A DNA stretch of 58,485 nucleotides, filler included, from Basidioascus undulatus (GCA_000826855.1; 6 parts of 6 records of this genome joined end to end with filler, not necessarily neighbours in it), one strand, 5' to 3'; counted from the first letter of the whole stretch, positions 14,487 to 27,094 are shown. A program made the numbers and translations. The notes: generated by a model not told the origin, from the letters alone.

Positions 14487-15516
14487 ATGATATTCGACTT
14501 ACTCGGCACTGTCATCCTCGCGACTGGCGGGATGTTGTACGTCGAGAAGCACAACCAGGAGAGGCAGGCGCGCAAGAAGATGGCCCCGAGACGGCCGGAG
14601 GTCGAGCCGAAGATGGAGGCGCTGTTGACTGCGTGCGTCTTCTACCCATCACCTCTGTACCGAAGTGCACCTAATTAGCTGACATGGTCATCTGGATATT
14701 CTCAGAAAAGCGATCTCCCAGTCCCTCCCATCACCCATCGCCGCCCACGCCCTCTCCCAGCTCACAAACGTCCCCTGCATCCTCGTCCCCCTCTCCGTGC
14801 CCACCCCGCCCGTGCCGGACCTCCAGGCGCTGCTCGTCCTCCTCACCGCGGCGCGGAAGCATGCGCTCGCCAAGTGGGGCAGCCAGAGCTGGCTGTGCGG
14901 CATCCCGCCTGGCGGGGAGGAGCTCGGCGTGGGGGAGTGGGTCGATATGGGGCTGTGGGTGGGGCGTCTCGGCGACGAGGATGGGGAGGGGAAGGAGGAA
15001 GAAGAGGGGGAGAAGGAGGAGGAGAGACAGGAGGGAGAGGCGGAGGGGAGGAGACGAAGTGTGGCGGGGAAGGTGGTGGGGCAGTTCACGGATGGGAAGG
15101 CAAGCGCGGAGGAGGTGGCGAGAGAGGTGCGTGGACGTTGTTCTCTTGCCTTCATTCACCCCTACACACAAACTCAGCCTGAATCCCTTCCCTGGTCGCG
15201 CTCCTCGCCATCTATCCGTGCGCCGGCAATGCAGATCACCCTCCACCCCCTCCCCACCTCCACCTCCTCAGCGCTGCACCAGTCCCTCTCGTCCCTCTTC
15301 TCCTCCTTCGTTTTCTCCCTCCCGCCAAAGAACAACCGCATCGTCACCTTCTTCGTGGGGAAGAACCCGGAGACGGGCTCGTACCTCGCGCTGGTGGGGT
15401 GCGCGCCGGACGCAGCGGTGAAGGAGGAGAAGGAGGAGAAGGGCGTGCGCGTGGAGAGCGGGAGGGCGGGAGTGATTAGTAGGGCGGAGAAGGAGGAGAA
15501 GGCGAGGGATACATAG
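14487..15516 (+). CDS. Hypothetical protein with a hydrophobic N-terminus (3 exons)
   Basis: MIFDLLGTVILATGGMLYVEKH... An intron (GTGCGT ~14633 to CAG 14705) joins in frame to the 14797-15516 ORF. A second intron lies at ~15127-15234. Codon usage is high-GC3. No family recognised. Confidence 0.6.
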
Positions 15517-16279
15517 ATGATTTTGGAGCTTTTCTTTCGGGCCTGTTTTCTTGGCGTTTGGAGGTAAGCTGGACTTTCCGCATACCCCGGCGACGCGAAC
15601 GCAGGCTTTTTGGACCCAGCACGCCCATCTCCCTTTCCTTGAGCCAGAACAACAACCGCTGCGACGCCTGCTCCGCTTTCAGCTAAGGCCCTTGTTCAGT
15701 ACCTCGCCACGTCGCCGGTCTGTCTGTGCCTTCGGCGGACCGCGAGTAGACGAGTATATCTAAGCTACGACTCTGCGGAGCCCGCGTGCAGGGGCTGCAC
15801 TCGATCGAGGACGACCCATCTATCATACAGGTGTATGCAACCAGTCGGCAGGGGTCGATTAACCCGGAGCTCGAAGCTGAAGCTGAACACTTTGGAAGAA
15901 CTGTTTCGCCGGCCTCTGGCCCAACGTATGTAAATCGTGCCAAGCCAGCTTGTTTTGGTCATACTGAAAGGCAACCCTTCCACAAATATGTTAATCAATC
16001 CTGAAAGACTTGAGGATTGCGTGCGATTACGGACTGTGTGAAAGCCGCACTGGCAGGGCCACTACTCTTGCGTTGCAGCCTAAGGGGCGCAATCTCCCCG
16101 ACTATGAACATTTACGAACCTAGCTGAAGGCTTCCCACCTCACGGCTCTAAAAGAAGCAACATTCTCAAGCCTCCAGAACCCGGTCTGTGATTTCATGTA
16201 GTGTGTATCTTGTCCCATTGCAATGAGGTCCCGAAGCCCCACCGTTGATGTGGTTCTGTGATCTTCCTAGGGCCGAAGC

Positions 16280-17050
16280 CGCCTTCACTATCGGGACGTA
16301 TATCATCGCTCTGCGCGCTGCGCTTCTTTGTGGGGGCATTCGGTTCACTGTACTTTGCGGTAAGCGCGCACAGATGGTCTTGCTCCAGGTGGTCTCGAGG
16401 GTTTGAAGGGTTTCTTTTCATCAGACCATACAGTAAATTCTCGGAAACTGGTACGCGAGGCCGAACTCGTTAAGCGCTCGTATGTGCCTGTTTTCACGTG
16501 CCGGGGCTACGTTCTCCTTCCCGCCATGGCTCAATGATTGTCCTTCAATACCGTCGGTGCAATATTCTTTTCGGTTCCCGGTCGGAATATGTCCTCAAGC
16601 TACCTGCAGGCTGTTCTTACACTACTCTCAGCGTGCATCGCGGTGCGCTTGCTCGTTTCCTCAAATGTCATGCGCTACCAACTCACTTTCCGCCACAGGG
16701 CTGGCGGGATGGAGATGACTCCTGATCATCACGGTGTGATCACCGTGCCCGTCGCACTAATCGCGTTCATCTGTCTTCCGGTGAATCGTCAGCCTAGCCT
16801 CACCTCTCGAGATACCGTACCTCAGCTCACTCCCCTCAACACAGGGTGTTCCGGAGTGCTGCACAAATCGCCGGCTGTCCGAGCGAGTGAAGGACCTCGC
16901 GCGCCCGCGTCTCTAGCAGGATAAGCGCGAATCTCTCTCGCGTTCCATGGGCCCGCAGATATTCGTCAGCGTCCTCTCGAGCTGGCAATTCTATGCGCTC
17001 GTCAGCATGGCTATCTTCGTCTCGAATGCGGATGGGATTTCGGGATACAT
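16280..17050 (+). pseudogene. MFS anion:cation symporter family transporter (Fen2/Liz1/Seo1-like) pseudogene
   Basis: Fragments in the expected order: ALRFFVGAF, ILGNWY..ELVKR, GAIFFS..MSSSYLQA..YTTL, GLAGWR*LLII/GVITVPVALIAFICLP, LSERVKDLARPRL*..VLSSWQFYAL. TGG>TGA at 16716-16718 is followed by a frameshift, and a TAG sits at 16914-16916. Ends are approximate. Confidence 0.75.
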
Positions 17051-18050
17051 GTGCGCTACTCTGATTTTTCAAAAAGGCAATGGGATGACCAGGCTGAGAC
17101 TATGTGTGCTCCGTGTCTCGTGGCTGAGCATTACTACTTCAAAAGTGGTAGCCCCGCTGGCCGCGTCTGAGTGCCCGCGTGCCCTCACATACAACGCCGT
17201 GGCTGCTCACCGACCAACCGGTCTCCTTAGTCTTACCTCGCAAATAAAACTGGTCCAAGAGCAAGTACTGAGCGGCTTGCGCCTCTCAGGGGGGTGTAAA
17301 TTGGCCCTCTGAGCGCCGGCGTCTCTACAGATAGCCACACATGATCTGCTCTTCGATGAAGCTGATCAGGCAAACATCCTCATATCATGCAGGACTGTGT
17401 GACGTTTTCTGCAGGCCAGCGGCGGCACAGAGCTAGCTGTTCGCGAGGCTTGACAACGACAGCGCCGCGATGCTGAGGGCACGAGGCAAGGCAGGTAGAT
17501 GTCCGCTCATCTCCCCGTTGATCAAACAAATGGCCCACTGGATTCAGGCAGCAGTCAGTCGTGCTAGCGCAGACTCGAGGCGAGGAGAAGACAACGACCA
17601 GCCGTCAACGGTCGAGGTAGGCCTCTTCACGCGACGCGCGGCCGACCGATGCGCTCGCTGCGTGATAAGTCCCAGTCCCGCATCGGAGCCTCGTTGCAAA
17701 ACGAGCGTGAAGCCAGCTTCGCCGACCTGACTGATCGAAACTGCCATAGAGCGAGATGGATGAGCGCGCCTGTCCAGGCTCGACCCTGCTAGGCGCCAGG
17801 CAGCATGCACGACCGAAAATCTTGGGCGACGAGGCTCATTAGCAAAAGCGTCAGCGCGAGGCCCGATCGAGGTCAACTTAATGGCGGGCGTGAGCATGCA
17901 CAGTACTCGCCTGTGTGCGATCGACCAGATGCACAGAGCGCGAAACAAAGCAGAATCGTTGCGATTTGTGCAGAGGGACAGAGGGGTAGTGTACACGGAA
18001 AGGGGATGCAAGAGAAACGAGGCGCGAGAGAATCGAGAAACGAAGGTGAT

Positions 18051-19244
18051 TCAGAGGTCGTCGCTGTTGTTGTTCCCGATGCGTCAGTACCACCGTCGGT
18101 CAAGACGAAGAAGCGAAGGAAAACGCACATATCCACCTCGTCGTCCACTACCCGTCCCAACGCACACCAGCGTCAGTACCACATCCGCACCAATTTCCGA
18201 AGACAAAGGTCTAAAGAACGAGAAGACCGAGAGGGAAGTGGAAGTGGGAAAGAAGGACGGAAGAGAAGGAAGAGAAGAGAAGCAACGGACGGACCCTCGT
18301 CGAAGTCGATCTCCGCGTCGTCGCCCTCCTCGCCAAACGCGTCCATCTCGTTGATCTTGGCGTCCGAGGGCAGCTCGCCGTACGCCTTGAGGTTGCGCGC
18401 CTCTTCGACCGTGTATTTTTGGATCACGTCCGCCTAAGAGGAGAGCGCGGGGAGCGTCAGCAAGTCGGATCTACTTGCGGGTCCGGCTTCGGGGAAGGGG
18501 AGAGGCGGAAGATGGGTAAGAGGGTGGAGGGAAAAGGAAGAGAACGAAGCGGGAAGGAGAGGGGACGAGAGGGGACGAGGGATGGGGGCGAAAGGAGAGC
18601 GGAGCAGAGAGGAAGAGAGAATAAGGGAGGAATGGGAAAGAGGCGGGATGTGAACGAGAGGGGAGTCGGAGAAGAACGTTGCCGCCCACCTTGTCGTCCT
18701 GAAAGTCACGCAGAGAAAGCAGGATGATGTCGCCCTGGTTGATCCAGACCTGCTCCCGCTCGCACCACCACACATTAGCTTCCACCCAACCATCGCCACC
18801 TCCCTCATTCCAATACCTCCTTCCGACGCACCTTCTTGCGCATCTTGCCACGAATATGAGCAAGCCGCTTCTCGCCGTCAAAGCAAAGGGCCTCGAGCCG
18901 GCCGTTGCCGAGCATCTTGACTACTTGGGCGTACTCTGCGTGGGGGCGGGAGGGGGAGGTTGTGTGAGTCGCATGCCTGGAAGGGTTAGATGAGATTATG
19001 ACGGCGGAGGGATGTTGGGGGAACGACTGAGGGGGAGATGGAACCCGATGGCGACGCCTTCCGAGACCGTCGTTTGCCCCGACCAGTGTCTCCCGTTCCC
19101 AAGTCCGCCCATCACGCCGCCCGCCCGCCACCTAACCTCTGAACATGGCAGGATGCCAATCTCACCCTGGCCATCCTCCTTGAACACAAGCTCGCGCTTC
19201 TCGTTCTCGTTCTCGTTCTTCCCGCGACGACGGTTCTTGCCGCC
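18051..19244 (-). CDS. TIF11: Translation initiation factor eIF1A; first exon lost at the contig end
   Basis: [103 protein letters not shown]...IDFDE|VDDEVD|IDDL*. Confidence 0.96.
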
Positions 19245-19445
19245 CTGCAGAGCGCGAGCGGTCGAGTACGCGACGCAAATTACGGGAGGGCGTTCGGTGA
19301 GAATTGTCGACAAGAAGGGGGTTCGTAGAAGAGGAGGATAAGGGTGGGAAGATGCGTAAGGTGAGGGAGGGGTCGCGTGTCGTGTGCGTGTCGCGTCGGG
19401 ACGACGGGGGAGGGAGAAGATAGCGGCGAGGGGGAGAGGAGGCGG

Positions 19446-19545
19446 NNNNNNNNNNNNNNNNNNNNNNNNNNNNNNNNNNNNNNNNNNNNTTAATTAATTA
19501 ANNNNNNNNNNNNNNNNNNNNNNNNNNNNNNNNNNNNNNNNNNNN
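19446..19545. other. Artificial contig spacer (N44-TTAATTAATTAA-N44)
   Basis: Identical 100-nt spacer. Confidence 0.99.
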
Positions 19546-20104
19546 GTAGAGGGTTAGTAGCGGTCATAACCCTTCAATACCATCAAAGACTACAAGGCTA
19601 GTGTGGGGATCGGCTCGGGCGGGGTCGTCGGTGGCGCGGAAGAGCTGAAGAAGCGAAAAAGAAGATGAGCATCGCTAGACAGTGGCGAGCTTCCGTCACA
19701 CGAACATGGGAAAGTAAACGTACCTTGTTCTCATGCCATGCCAACTCCTGACCTTCCCACGTCCACCGCTCGTACCCTCGCCCCTCGTCCGCAGGAATGT
19801 GCTTCCCTCGCCAGTTGAGCTCGCTCCGCACCCGACCGTCGTACAGCGCCTCCGTCTCCACCACAGCCACAGGTTCTTTCTGCCCTTCCTTGACTGTCCG
19901 CGCGAGATTCGATCTGAGCCAGGTTCCCATTTGGTACATTGGACGCGGAGACTCACATATTGATGTCAAGGAAATGTCCAGCGTGGGATGCGTGGTCGAG
20001 GTCGTGTAGGAGGGGTGGCAATAAGAGGAGGAAAGGGTTGTTGACGGGACGTTGTCGGAATAGAACGCGTAGACGACGAAGGGCGAGGGGCTTCCTGGAG
20101 GCAT
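19546..20104 (-). CDS. Hypothetical protein (beta-rich, basidiomycete type); 3' end uncertain at the contig edge
   Basis: ATG at 20104: MPPGSPSPFVVYAFYSDNVPSTTL...VAVVETEALYDGRVRSELNWRGK...RWTWEGQELAWHENK, followed by a GTACGT donor and a downstream exon. No family confidently recognised. Confidence 0.5.
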
Positions 20105-21448
20105 CTTTTGGGATGCGGTATGAGGGCGCGAGGGAGACGAAGGTGTGGCCAAGGGTGCGTGAGCGATGGCGACGCGTGAGTGATGGCGGAATAGAGGTGG
20201 CCGACTCTGACGTGCAGAAAAGATGATACGAGTTGTGATGCAAGGAGCGACGACGAGGCGAAGAAGAATACCAGAGAAAGCAGGTAGAGCGAGCTGGCCG
20301 TTGAGGGGGCTAGAAGACGGGTCGGCGACCGGCGCCCAGACCGCGATGGACACGAAGGACAGACAGGGAAGACCTCCAAGGGAGGTCGAATGCTTCAGAC
20401 CAGGAGAGTATGAGTGAATGAGGGAAGGCCTCAAGGTCCAGAAGCCTTGCGTGACCGTGCAGGTGTTGCGTGAATCCCGAAAGGCGATCCCCCCTGATCA
20501 GGGCAACTTGAAACGAAAATACCGCCGCAGCGCGGATGTTGATTGGTCGCTCTTAAGCGGCCCTGGCTTGACAGCCGTACGAAACGCATGGTCTCGAATG
20601 AGGGCGACCCCGGCCCCTGAGAGGAAAGATATCGAGTGTGGAAGCCGAAGGGGCAGAAATGGAAGGAAAGTGAGCCGAAATAGGCTTAATCAGGTTTGTT
20701 CCCCCAATTCGCGAAACAGCTGTGCTTTCGCACAGCCTTCAAAAAACCGAGGAAGATGGGCAACACAGTCCAGCACAGCTACAGAGAGTGAATACACTCA
20801 GGTCGGCTCTGCAAAGGAATGAAGGCGAATGTTGAGAAAGTTTACGTCGACCAAGTGACCGCAGTCAGCTGCCGTTCAAATGTGCCTGACGTCCACCGAC
20901 GATCATTTATCCTCGCTGAAACACCGTCGTTGACTCTCCCAAGCCCTTACAGCACTGGCCTTTGGATCGTGGAAGAATAAGTTGCGAGCAAGAGGCACCG
21001 GGAAGACGATTCGATGCAGAGACGCTTCGTCTCACGTGGTGGCAGTGGCTGTCTGCGTCAGCATGCCCCAGTGCAGCCGACACTGGCATGTGTCCAGATT
21101 GGGACAAAGGTTGGGAGAAAAGCCTAAATATGGGGTCTCCTGAAACCATTTCACAGAGATTAGTTACCTGTGAGATAACGATGCTCATTCCTCGGCTGAC
21201 TGTGCAAAATCAGCGTTGCGGACGACACTGTGGATACGCACCCTCCACTACATGCCCCGTGTCCTACAGGCCGCGTTGGCTGACAATGTGAAGAAGTACA
21301 TGGAAAAATTAGTGTTCAGGGCATGGTTGTGGAAGAGAATGGACCGAACCACCTCTTCTGTGCACTCCCCACTCCCCCTCTCCTAAAACGATTTGCACAA
21401 CCCTGCCAGCCCCCGTCTCAATATTCAAAAGTTTTACTAAGATCCGCC

Positions 21449-22482
21449 ATGGCCCTCGCTACTTCCATCCACCGTGTAATCGTCGCCGGCGGCATAGATG
21501 TGTTTTACCGCACAGCTGGCCCGGCCAACGCACCGGTCCTGCTCCTCCTGCACGGCTTCCTGCGAGTCCAACCCTCTCGGTTCTGTTTGCACTATTCGCT
21601 TTCCGCTAACCGCTGATAAAACTCTGTCGGTATTGCAGGACGTCTTCATACTAGTTCCGCGAGCTTTTCCCGCTCCTCTCGCACCAGTACCGCCTCGTCG
21701 CGCCCGACCTGCCCGACTTCGGCTTCACCGTCGTGCCCGCCTCGAGGCAGTACAAGTACTCGTTCGAGAGCTTTGCACGTACTATTGGCGACTTCGTAGA
21801 GGCCATTCCACTCGAAGAATTTGTACTTTACGTCTTCGACTAGTACGTCCGGTCGTTCTTGCCACGAGCCACTTTCCGAGTCTGACTGCGTGCGCCTTGC
21901 GCTCGAGCGTCCGAATGCGCCAATGGCCATTATCTCTCAAAACGGCAATGCGTACAAGGAGGGGCTCGGCGAGGCGTCGGATACATTCAAGCGCTACTGG
22001 CACGACCCGATGCCCTCGAATCGCGAGTGGATCCGCGACAACCTGCTCACGCTAGAGGGCACGAAGTGGCAGTATTCGCACGGGGTGCCCGACCCGAGCG
22101 TGCTTGATCCGGCCGCTTGGACGCTAGAGTATGCGCTTCTGGAGCGCGGGGAACAAGGCGAGCGTTTCTGCAGCTTCCACGGGCACGCAGCAGTCGGATC
22201 CAGCTCGAAATTTTCTTTGATTACCAGAACAACGTAGCGCTCTATCCCGCCTTCCAGGCGCGAGCACAAACCGAAGGTCCTGCTCGTGTGGGGCACCGGC
22301 GACCCTCTCCGCCGGGAGCGGAGGCCTTCAAGCGCGATGTTCCGGACGCGAAGGTCGTCTTGTTCGACACCGGGCACTTCGCGCTCGAGACGCATGTAGC
22401 TGAGATCGCCAAGGAGTTAAGTCGTTCCTGTGGTAAGTCCTCCGTCTCCTCGACCCCCCAAACCATAACCAACGGTGACTGA
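21449..22482 (+). pseudogene. Alpha/beta-fold hydrolase (epoxide hydrolase/YNR064C-like) pseudogene
   Basis: Motifs: VFYRTAGPANAPVLLLLHGF, YRLVAPDLP, LYVFDY, IISQNGNAYKEGL, DYQNNVALYPAFQ, GAEAFKRDVPDA, FDTGHFALETH. Lesions: in-frame TAG at 21652-21654; loss of an acceptor and of the GAP residues after the nucleophile Asp (~21885); two frameshifts flanking KPKVLLVWGTGDP (~22260-22310). Confidence 0.9.
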
Positions 22483-22901
22483 AGCAGTCTCCCCTCTAGA
22501 TTACGAGCGCCAGAGGCCAGCTCCACCTGCACTGTCCAGCTTTTCTTGTAACACGTATCACCACTATGAAGACTTATAGAGGTAGTCTTGCGTTCCTTGC
22601 TGTCGATACTTGCGGTACCGCGGCGCATGGAACTTCGTGCCTGTGAAGCTGCCTACAGCACGGGATCCGCCATTCTCATCTTGCCCCGAGTTGTGGCAGC
22701 GTGATGGACTGGTAATCAAAATAAAGCAGCTCGTGGATTCGTGAGATGTATGAAGTCTATGCAATGCGAGAGCGGAGATGCAATGAGCGGTGATACAAAG
22801 TTTCCGTGCTTCGTGCCTCCCTGCAGGCCTGTGTGTGCCGTCCGCCACCCAGATCCCCAGTCCTTGAGGTCTGCGTCCCTTCCCATGCCCTCGCCTCGCC
22901 T

Positions 22902-24443
22902 CTAAGCCTCGCACGCAAACTCCGCCACCCCACCCGTCTCCACTTGCCGCTTCCCCTCCTCCTCCCACTGCAGCGCTTTCACCGCCATCTCGAACACCCC
23001 GAAAGTCGCCACGTTGACCGGCACAGCCGCCACGATGGTGGGACCCAGCCCGCGCACGAACAGTCCTGGGCCCTCGTTCCGCCACCCATGCCTGAACACA
23101 GTCCGCGCCGTTGCGTAGGCGCTGTCGCTCCCGCGCGAGACGCTCTGCACGCGCGTCTTGATCACGTCGAGAGGGTACGTGATGACGGAGGCGATGACGC
23201 CTGCCAGCGCTGAGGCAACCGGGATGGCTTGCCACGAGGAGGGGGAGAAGAGCGAGAGCGTGTACGCGTAGGTGAGGAAGTAGGGGCCCGAAGACGTGTC
23301 GCGGAGGGCGGTGATGGGGAGGCCACGGAAGAGGTGGGTTGGTCGTCGGGCGAGGGAGAGGAAGATGCGCAGCGTGCTGGGCGGGGAGGAGATATGATAG
23401 GATTGTTGTCGGATTTCTACAAAGGATGGAGAGAGATGTGAGCATCAACAGGGCTGTGCGGCGGGTGACGACGCAGAGCGGCGCACTGATCAGGTCTAAT
23501 GGTGCAGCGAGGACACTGGGCGATAAGCGGACACGTTGTGTCAGTTCTGGAGCCATTCAGGCCCCAGGCTGCGGTCGGCTTGAGAAGAGAGGGAAGGAAC
23601 AGACGAAGCTGCTACTCCAGCACCCAAGCCCGCCCAAAACACCTGCCAGTTCGTGGGCTTCTCAGTCCCTTCACCGCCCTGCCATCGCAGGAGCGAGCCA
23701 TAAACCCCAAAGAGCTAGACGCTCTCCTGCTCCTCGTCAGCCTCATCCGTCCCCTCGTTGTCCGACACAAATTAGCAGAGGGTAGTCTGCTCACCAGCGC
23801 TCCCTCGGCCGCCACACCAAGCATCGGCGCGGTGACACCCTTATACAACCCGCGTACGCCTTCGGCACAGAAGATTGTGTGCAGCGTCGACATCGCCGAT
23901 AGGGGCGGGACCTTGTGGTTGTGAGAGGCGGTTTGGAGGCGGACGACAACTGCACATGGGAAGGAAGGAATGAGCACCCTGTTGGATTTCAGGGCATCAC
24001 TAAATGCACACCGGTGTCAAAAGGGTGCCCAACGAGCTGTGCGGCGACACCTGAGGGTTGAGAGGGCGAATTGAGCCTGCAGGGCGGATGTGTAGAGCGC
24101 GAGAGAAGGCTGGGACGGACCAGCTGCAGTGCCCGCGATGAAGTCGACCTTGGGGTCGAGAGCATCTAGAGGTTGGAGAGATTCCAAAAGATCAGCATCA
24201 GCCTCACCCCGTTGACGCTGCTGGATCTTCCAGCGCACCAACCCCATGACCCGCATCACTGGAGGGCGCACGCGAGCACCAGCACCAGCACCAGCAGCCT
24301 AGAGATTCGGAGCGACCAGCCTAACAGGGGATAACAACCTTCCAGCTGCTCCCATATTGTACTTTAACCCCCCTGCACCATAAAGAGCGCACCGCGCAAA
24401 CCATGGCCGTACGAGAAAGCCCCGACTCACCGCCTGCGTTCAT
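22902..24443 (-). CDS. Mitochondrial carrier (SLC25; amino-acid/carnitine-carrier-like)
   Basis: MNAG|DALDPKVDFIAGTAAG|VAAQLVGHPFDT|VVVRLQ..EGVRGLYKGVTAPMLG..APLDLI|KIRQQ..LFRGLPITALRD..YPLDVIKTRVQ..FVRGLGPTIVAAVPVNVATFGVFE. Three carrier repeats and an open spliced frame. The repeat-1 signature has V in place of the usual K. Confidence 0.9.
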
Positions 24444-24902
24444 AACGACCTGACCCCGGCCCTCCTAGATTTCCTGCTTCCCCTGCCCTCTTGTACTAAT
24501 GACGCCTGTAATTCGACGCCACCGGGACAAAGCTGGGAGTTGGTAGCCGGTAAGCGATACACGGGTGTTGTGAGAGAGGAAGGCTGCAGAAGATGAAGAG
24601 TGACTTGAAGGACGAGAGGCGAGCAAGCCCAGAGCTGCCGCAGAGCCAAGTTTCAGAATCCCGTTCACAGACACCTTTCACAGACACCGAGTGAGGTTCG
24701 CGACTGAATAATGCAGAGGAATTTATTTATTATTTGTTATTTTTATTGCCATGGGTGTGCAGAAGGTCCGGTCTTGAATGGGAATTACTTGGCGCCTCAC
24801 CACAGCCTTGCGGACACACTACTATCGTTCCAGCACTGCCACGGATCCAGCTTTGCCTTTTGACCATCAAGCACTTCTCTCGGTTCTTTTGAAGGCCCGG
24901 CG

Positions 24903-25435
24903 ATGCCGCCCAAACTTAACTCTCCCACCATCTCTCGCGCTGACCTTCCGTTCCGACTGTCAGAGATTCTGCGCGATCCGGGCACCCCTGTCGCACGGCG
25001 AATGGAGGTGTACGATGCGGTCTTTCAAATAACTACTCGCCCCCTTCGTCGTTTTCGGCAATGCGAGGGTCTCCTTGACGAGGTGGAGGACCTCGTGAGG
25101 GACTGGGCGAAGGAGTTGGTAGACAGTCGGGGTGGAAGGGCGGGTGAGGGGCTGGAGGGAGCTCGCACGGAGTACAATGCGGGTCTGCGGAGGGTGCAGA
25201 CTGTCCTTGCATATGTCGTGAGTAGCACGCACGCTCTACTTCTATATCCCCCGGGAAGCGCCTTGAGCTCACTGTGGGCCGTTACCTGCGCCAGGATCGG
25301 CACTACGTTCAACGCGGTATGGACGAGGCCAAAGGCCCGCAAGTGTCGTTCAAGACCAGACCGAACGGAAAGCCATGGGAGTTCTTTAAGGATTTGGGAG
25401 AGAGGGTTTGGGAGGAGGTGGCTCAACAGGGCTGA
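24903..25435 (+). CDS. Stand-alone single cullin-repeat protein (mini-cullin, 151 aa, 2 exons)
   Basis: Exon 24903-25217, intron GTGAGT..CAG 25218-25294, exon 25295-25435. The product reads RMEVYDAVFQIT...EYNAGLRRVQTVLAYV|DRHYVQRGMDE...FKDLGERVWEEVAQQG*. This resembles cullin repeat 1 (YMELY..VY, FxYL[DN]RxxV, LxLxxW). Confidence 0.65.
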
Positions 25436-25897
25436 AGACAATCGAGTGCTGCAATCGATGGCTTGTGTGCTTTGTGGCAATGGATGTCAGGCTGGCCGAG
25501 AGATCTACAAATGCATGGGCATGGGCGCATACTACACGATTCGTGACTCTGTATTGAAGTTGTTATTTCTGAGGGTTCCCCTGCAGTCTAGTAACCAAAT
25601 GCGCTGCAGAGGCGGTAGCTTCAGGATACACTTCTGATACTCGCACGCACGACCACACATTCTTTTCAACAATACCTCACCGAAGGGAAAGCATTTTTAT
25701 GATGTTAACGGCATGGGCGTGCATCACATTTCAACTGTGAGTCGCTTAGCGCCACACAGCTGAGTCCCATGCGGACACGCCTGTCGACTCGTCGCCGGTC
25801 GCCGCGCTCCACATGGCACAGTGTGGCAAATGCCGCTGCTTGCCTTCGACCGACCATCACCCCCCTCAACAGATCTCTCGCATACTACAGAAATACT

Positions 25898-26310
25898 GCC
25901 CTGCCCAGGCGCAACCCCTCTACTGTCGCACGCGCTGACCTCATCTCCCGGCTTGCTGAGATCCTCCGCGACCCCGGCGTGCCCGTCGCGCGGTGCATGG
26001 AGGCGTACGATACAGCGTACCTGGACCATTACCCGTAAGATAACCGGAACATGGAGTGTCGGCTCGAGGGGGCTCGAGAAGAGTATGGTGCGAGTCTGCG
26101 AAGGCTACAGACCTTCCTGTGTTATGTGGTGAGTACCGTGCACGCTCCGATTTTTATCTCCCATGCAACAACTTAAACTCACTGTGGTTCCTTACCTCGA
26201 GGACCTGCAGTACGTGAAGGAAGGAGGAGGAGGTAGACGTGATTCAGCTGGACTGAAAAGAGAGATGCTGTGTTCCTTTATAGCTTGACTTGGTGGACAA
26301 GGTTGTTAGG
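25898..26310 (+). pseudogene. Decayed tandem duplicate of the mini-cullin gene
   Basis: RNPSTVARADLISRLAEILRDPGVPVARCMEAYD and LEGAREEYGASLRRLQTFLCYV|DLQYV. The intron is at the same position (26129-26201) with homologous sequence. There is no ATG at the homologous start, an internal deletion, and TAA at 26036-26038. Confidence 0.8.
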
Positions 26311-27094
26311 CCCAGAGGGAGAGGTACGAAGAATGAACATGTTTGTGCTTACACGACTCGTGGAACTGTGCTGGCGTTGCTGGTGCTCATGTGCGCTCCT
26401 CAGGCATCCGTCCAGATGCACACGTCCCATGGTCAGACGCAGCGGCAAAATTGCAGTTCCATGCTCGCATGCGCTCACATCCGCCGCTCCTTTCAGACCA
26501 AAATGCGGTACTGCTCAGATGCCAGACCGAAAAAAATGAGAATAAACAGTCTGTTTACCTGTTTACGGCTTACCGACCGAGATGCTCCAGTTGGGAAGAC
26601 GGTCGATAGTTGCCTGCCTGTGTTTGTACCCGAAGCCTTCAAAGCAAGGACGGTCCGCTGGTACTCGTATCTACTCTTGTAGTCGATCCAAATATTCTCG
26701 AAAACTGTGAGCCCCACGCAGCATTGGCAATCAAAGGCCAATCAATTCCGGTACACTGGCAGCCTGTAAAAACGGCCAGGAGGCAGCGGGCGTTGACCTC
26801 TTCCCGGGAACAGAAGCCTGCCCTCGATCCGCCCACCCGTTTTCCTGGTACTAAGTCGCGAACCACCCTACGTCGAACCAGCGCGACAGTTCGAGAACGG
26901 GGCTCGAAGCAAAGGGACCGGTCCTGTCCCACTTGGGTTCAAAAGTAACGGGCCCGGGCCGCTTTCATCAAGCCGACCATTCTTCGAATCCCCATGCGAA
27001 ACAACTCTTCCTCACCTCACAGCCAATCTCAATCGACAACGCACACTCGTCGCCTCGGTAATCTATGAACCTCCATGTCTCCCTCCCCCGCAGC

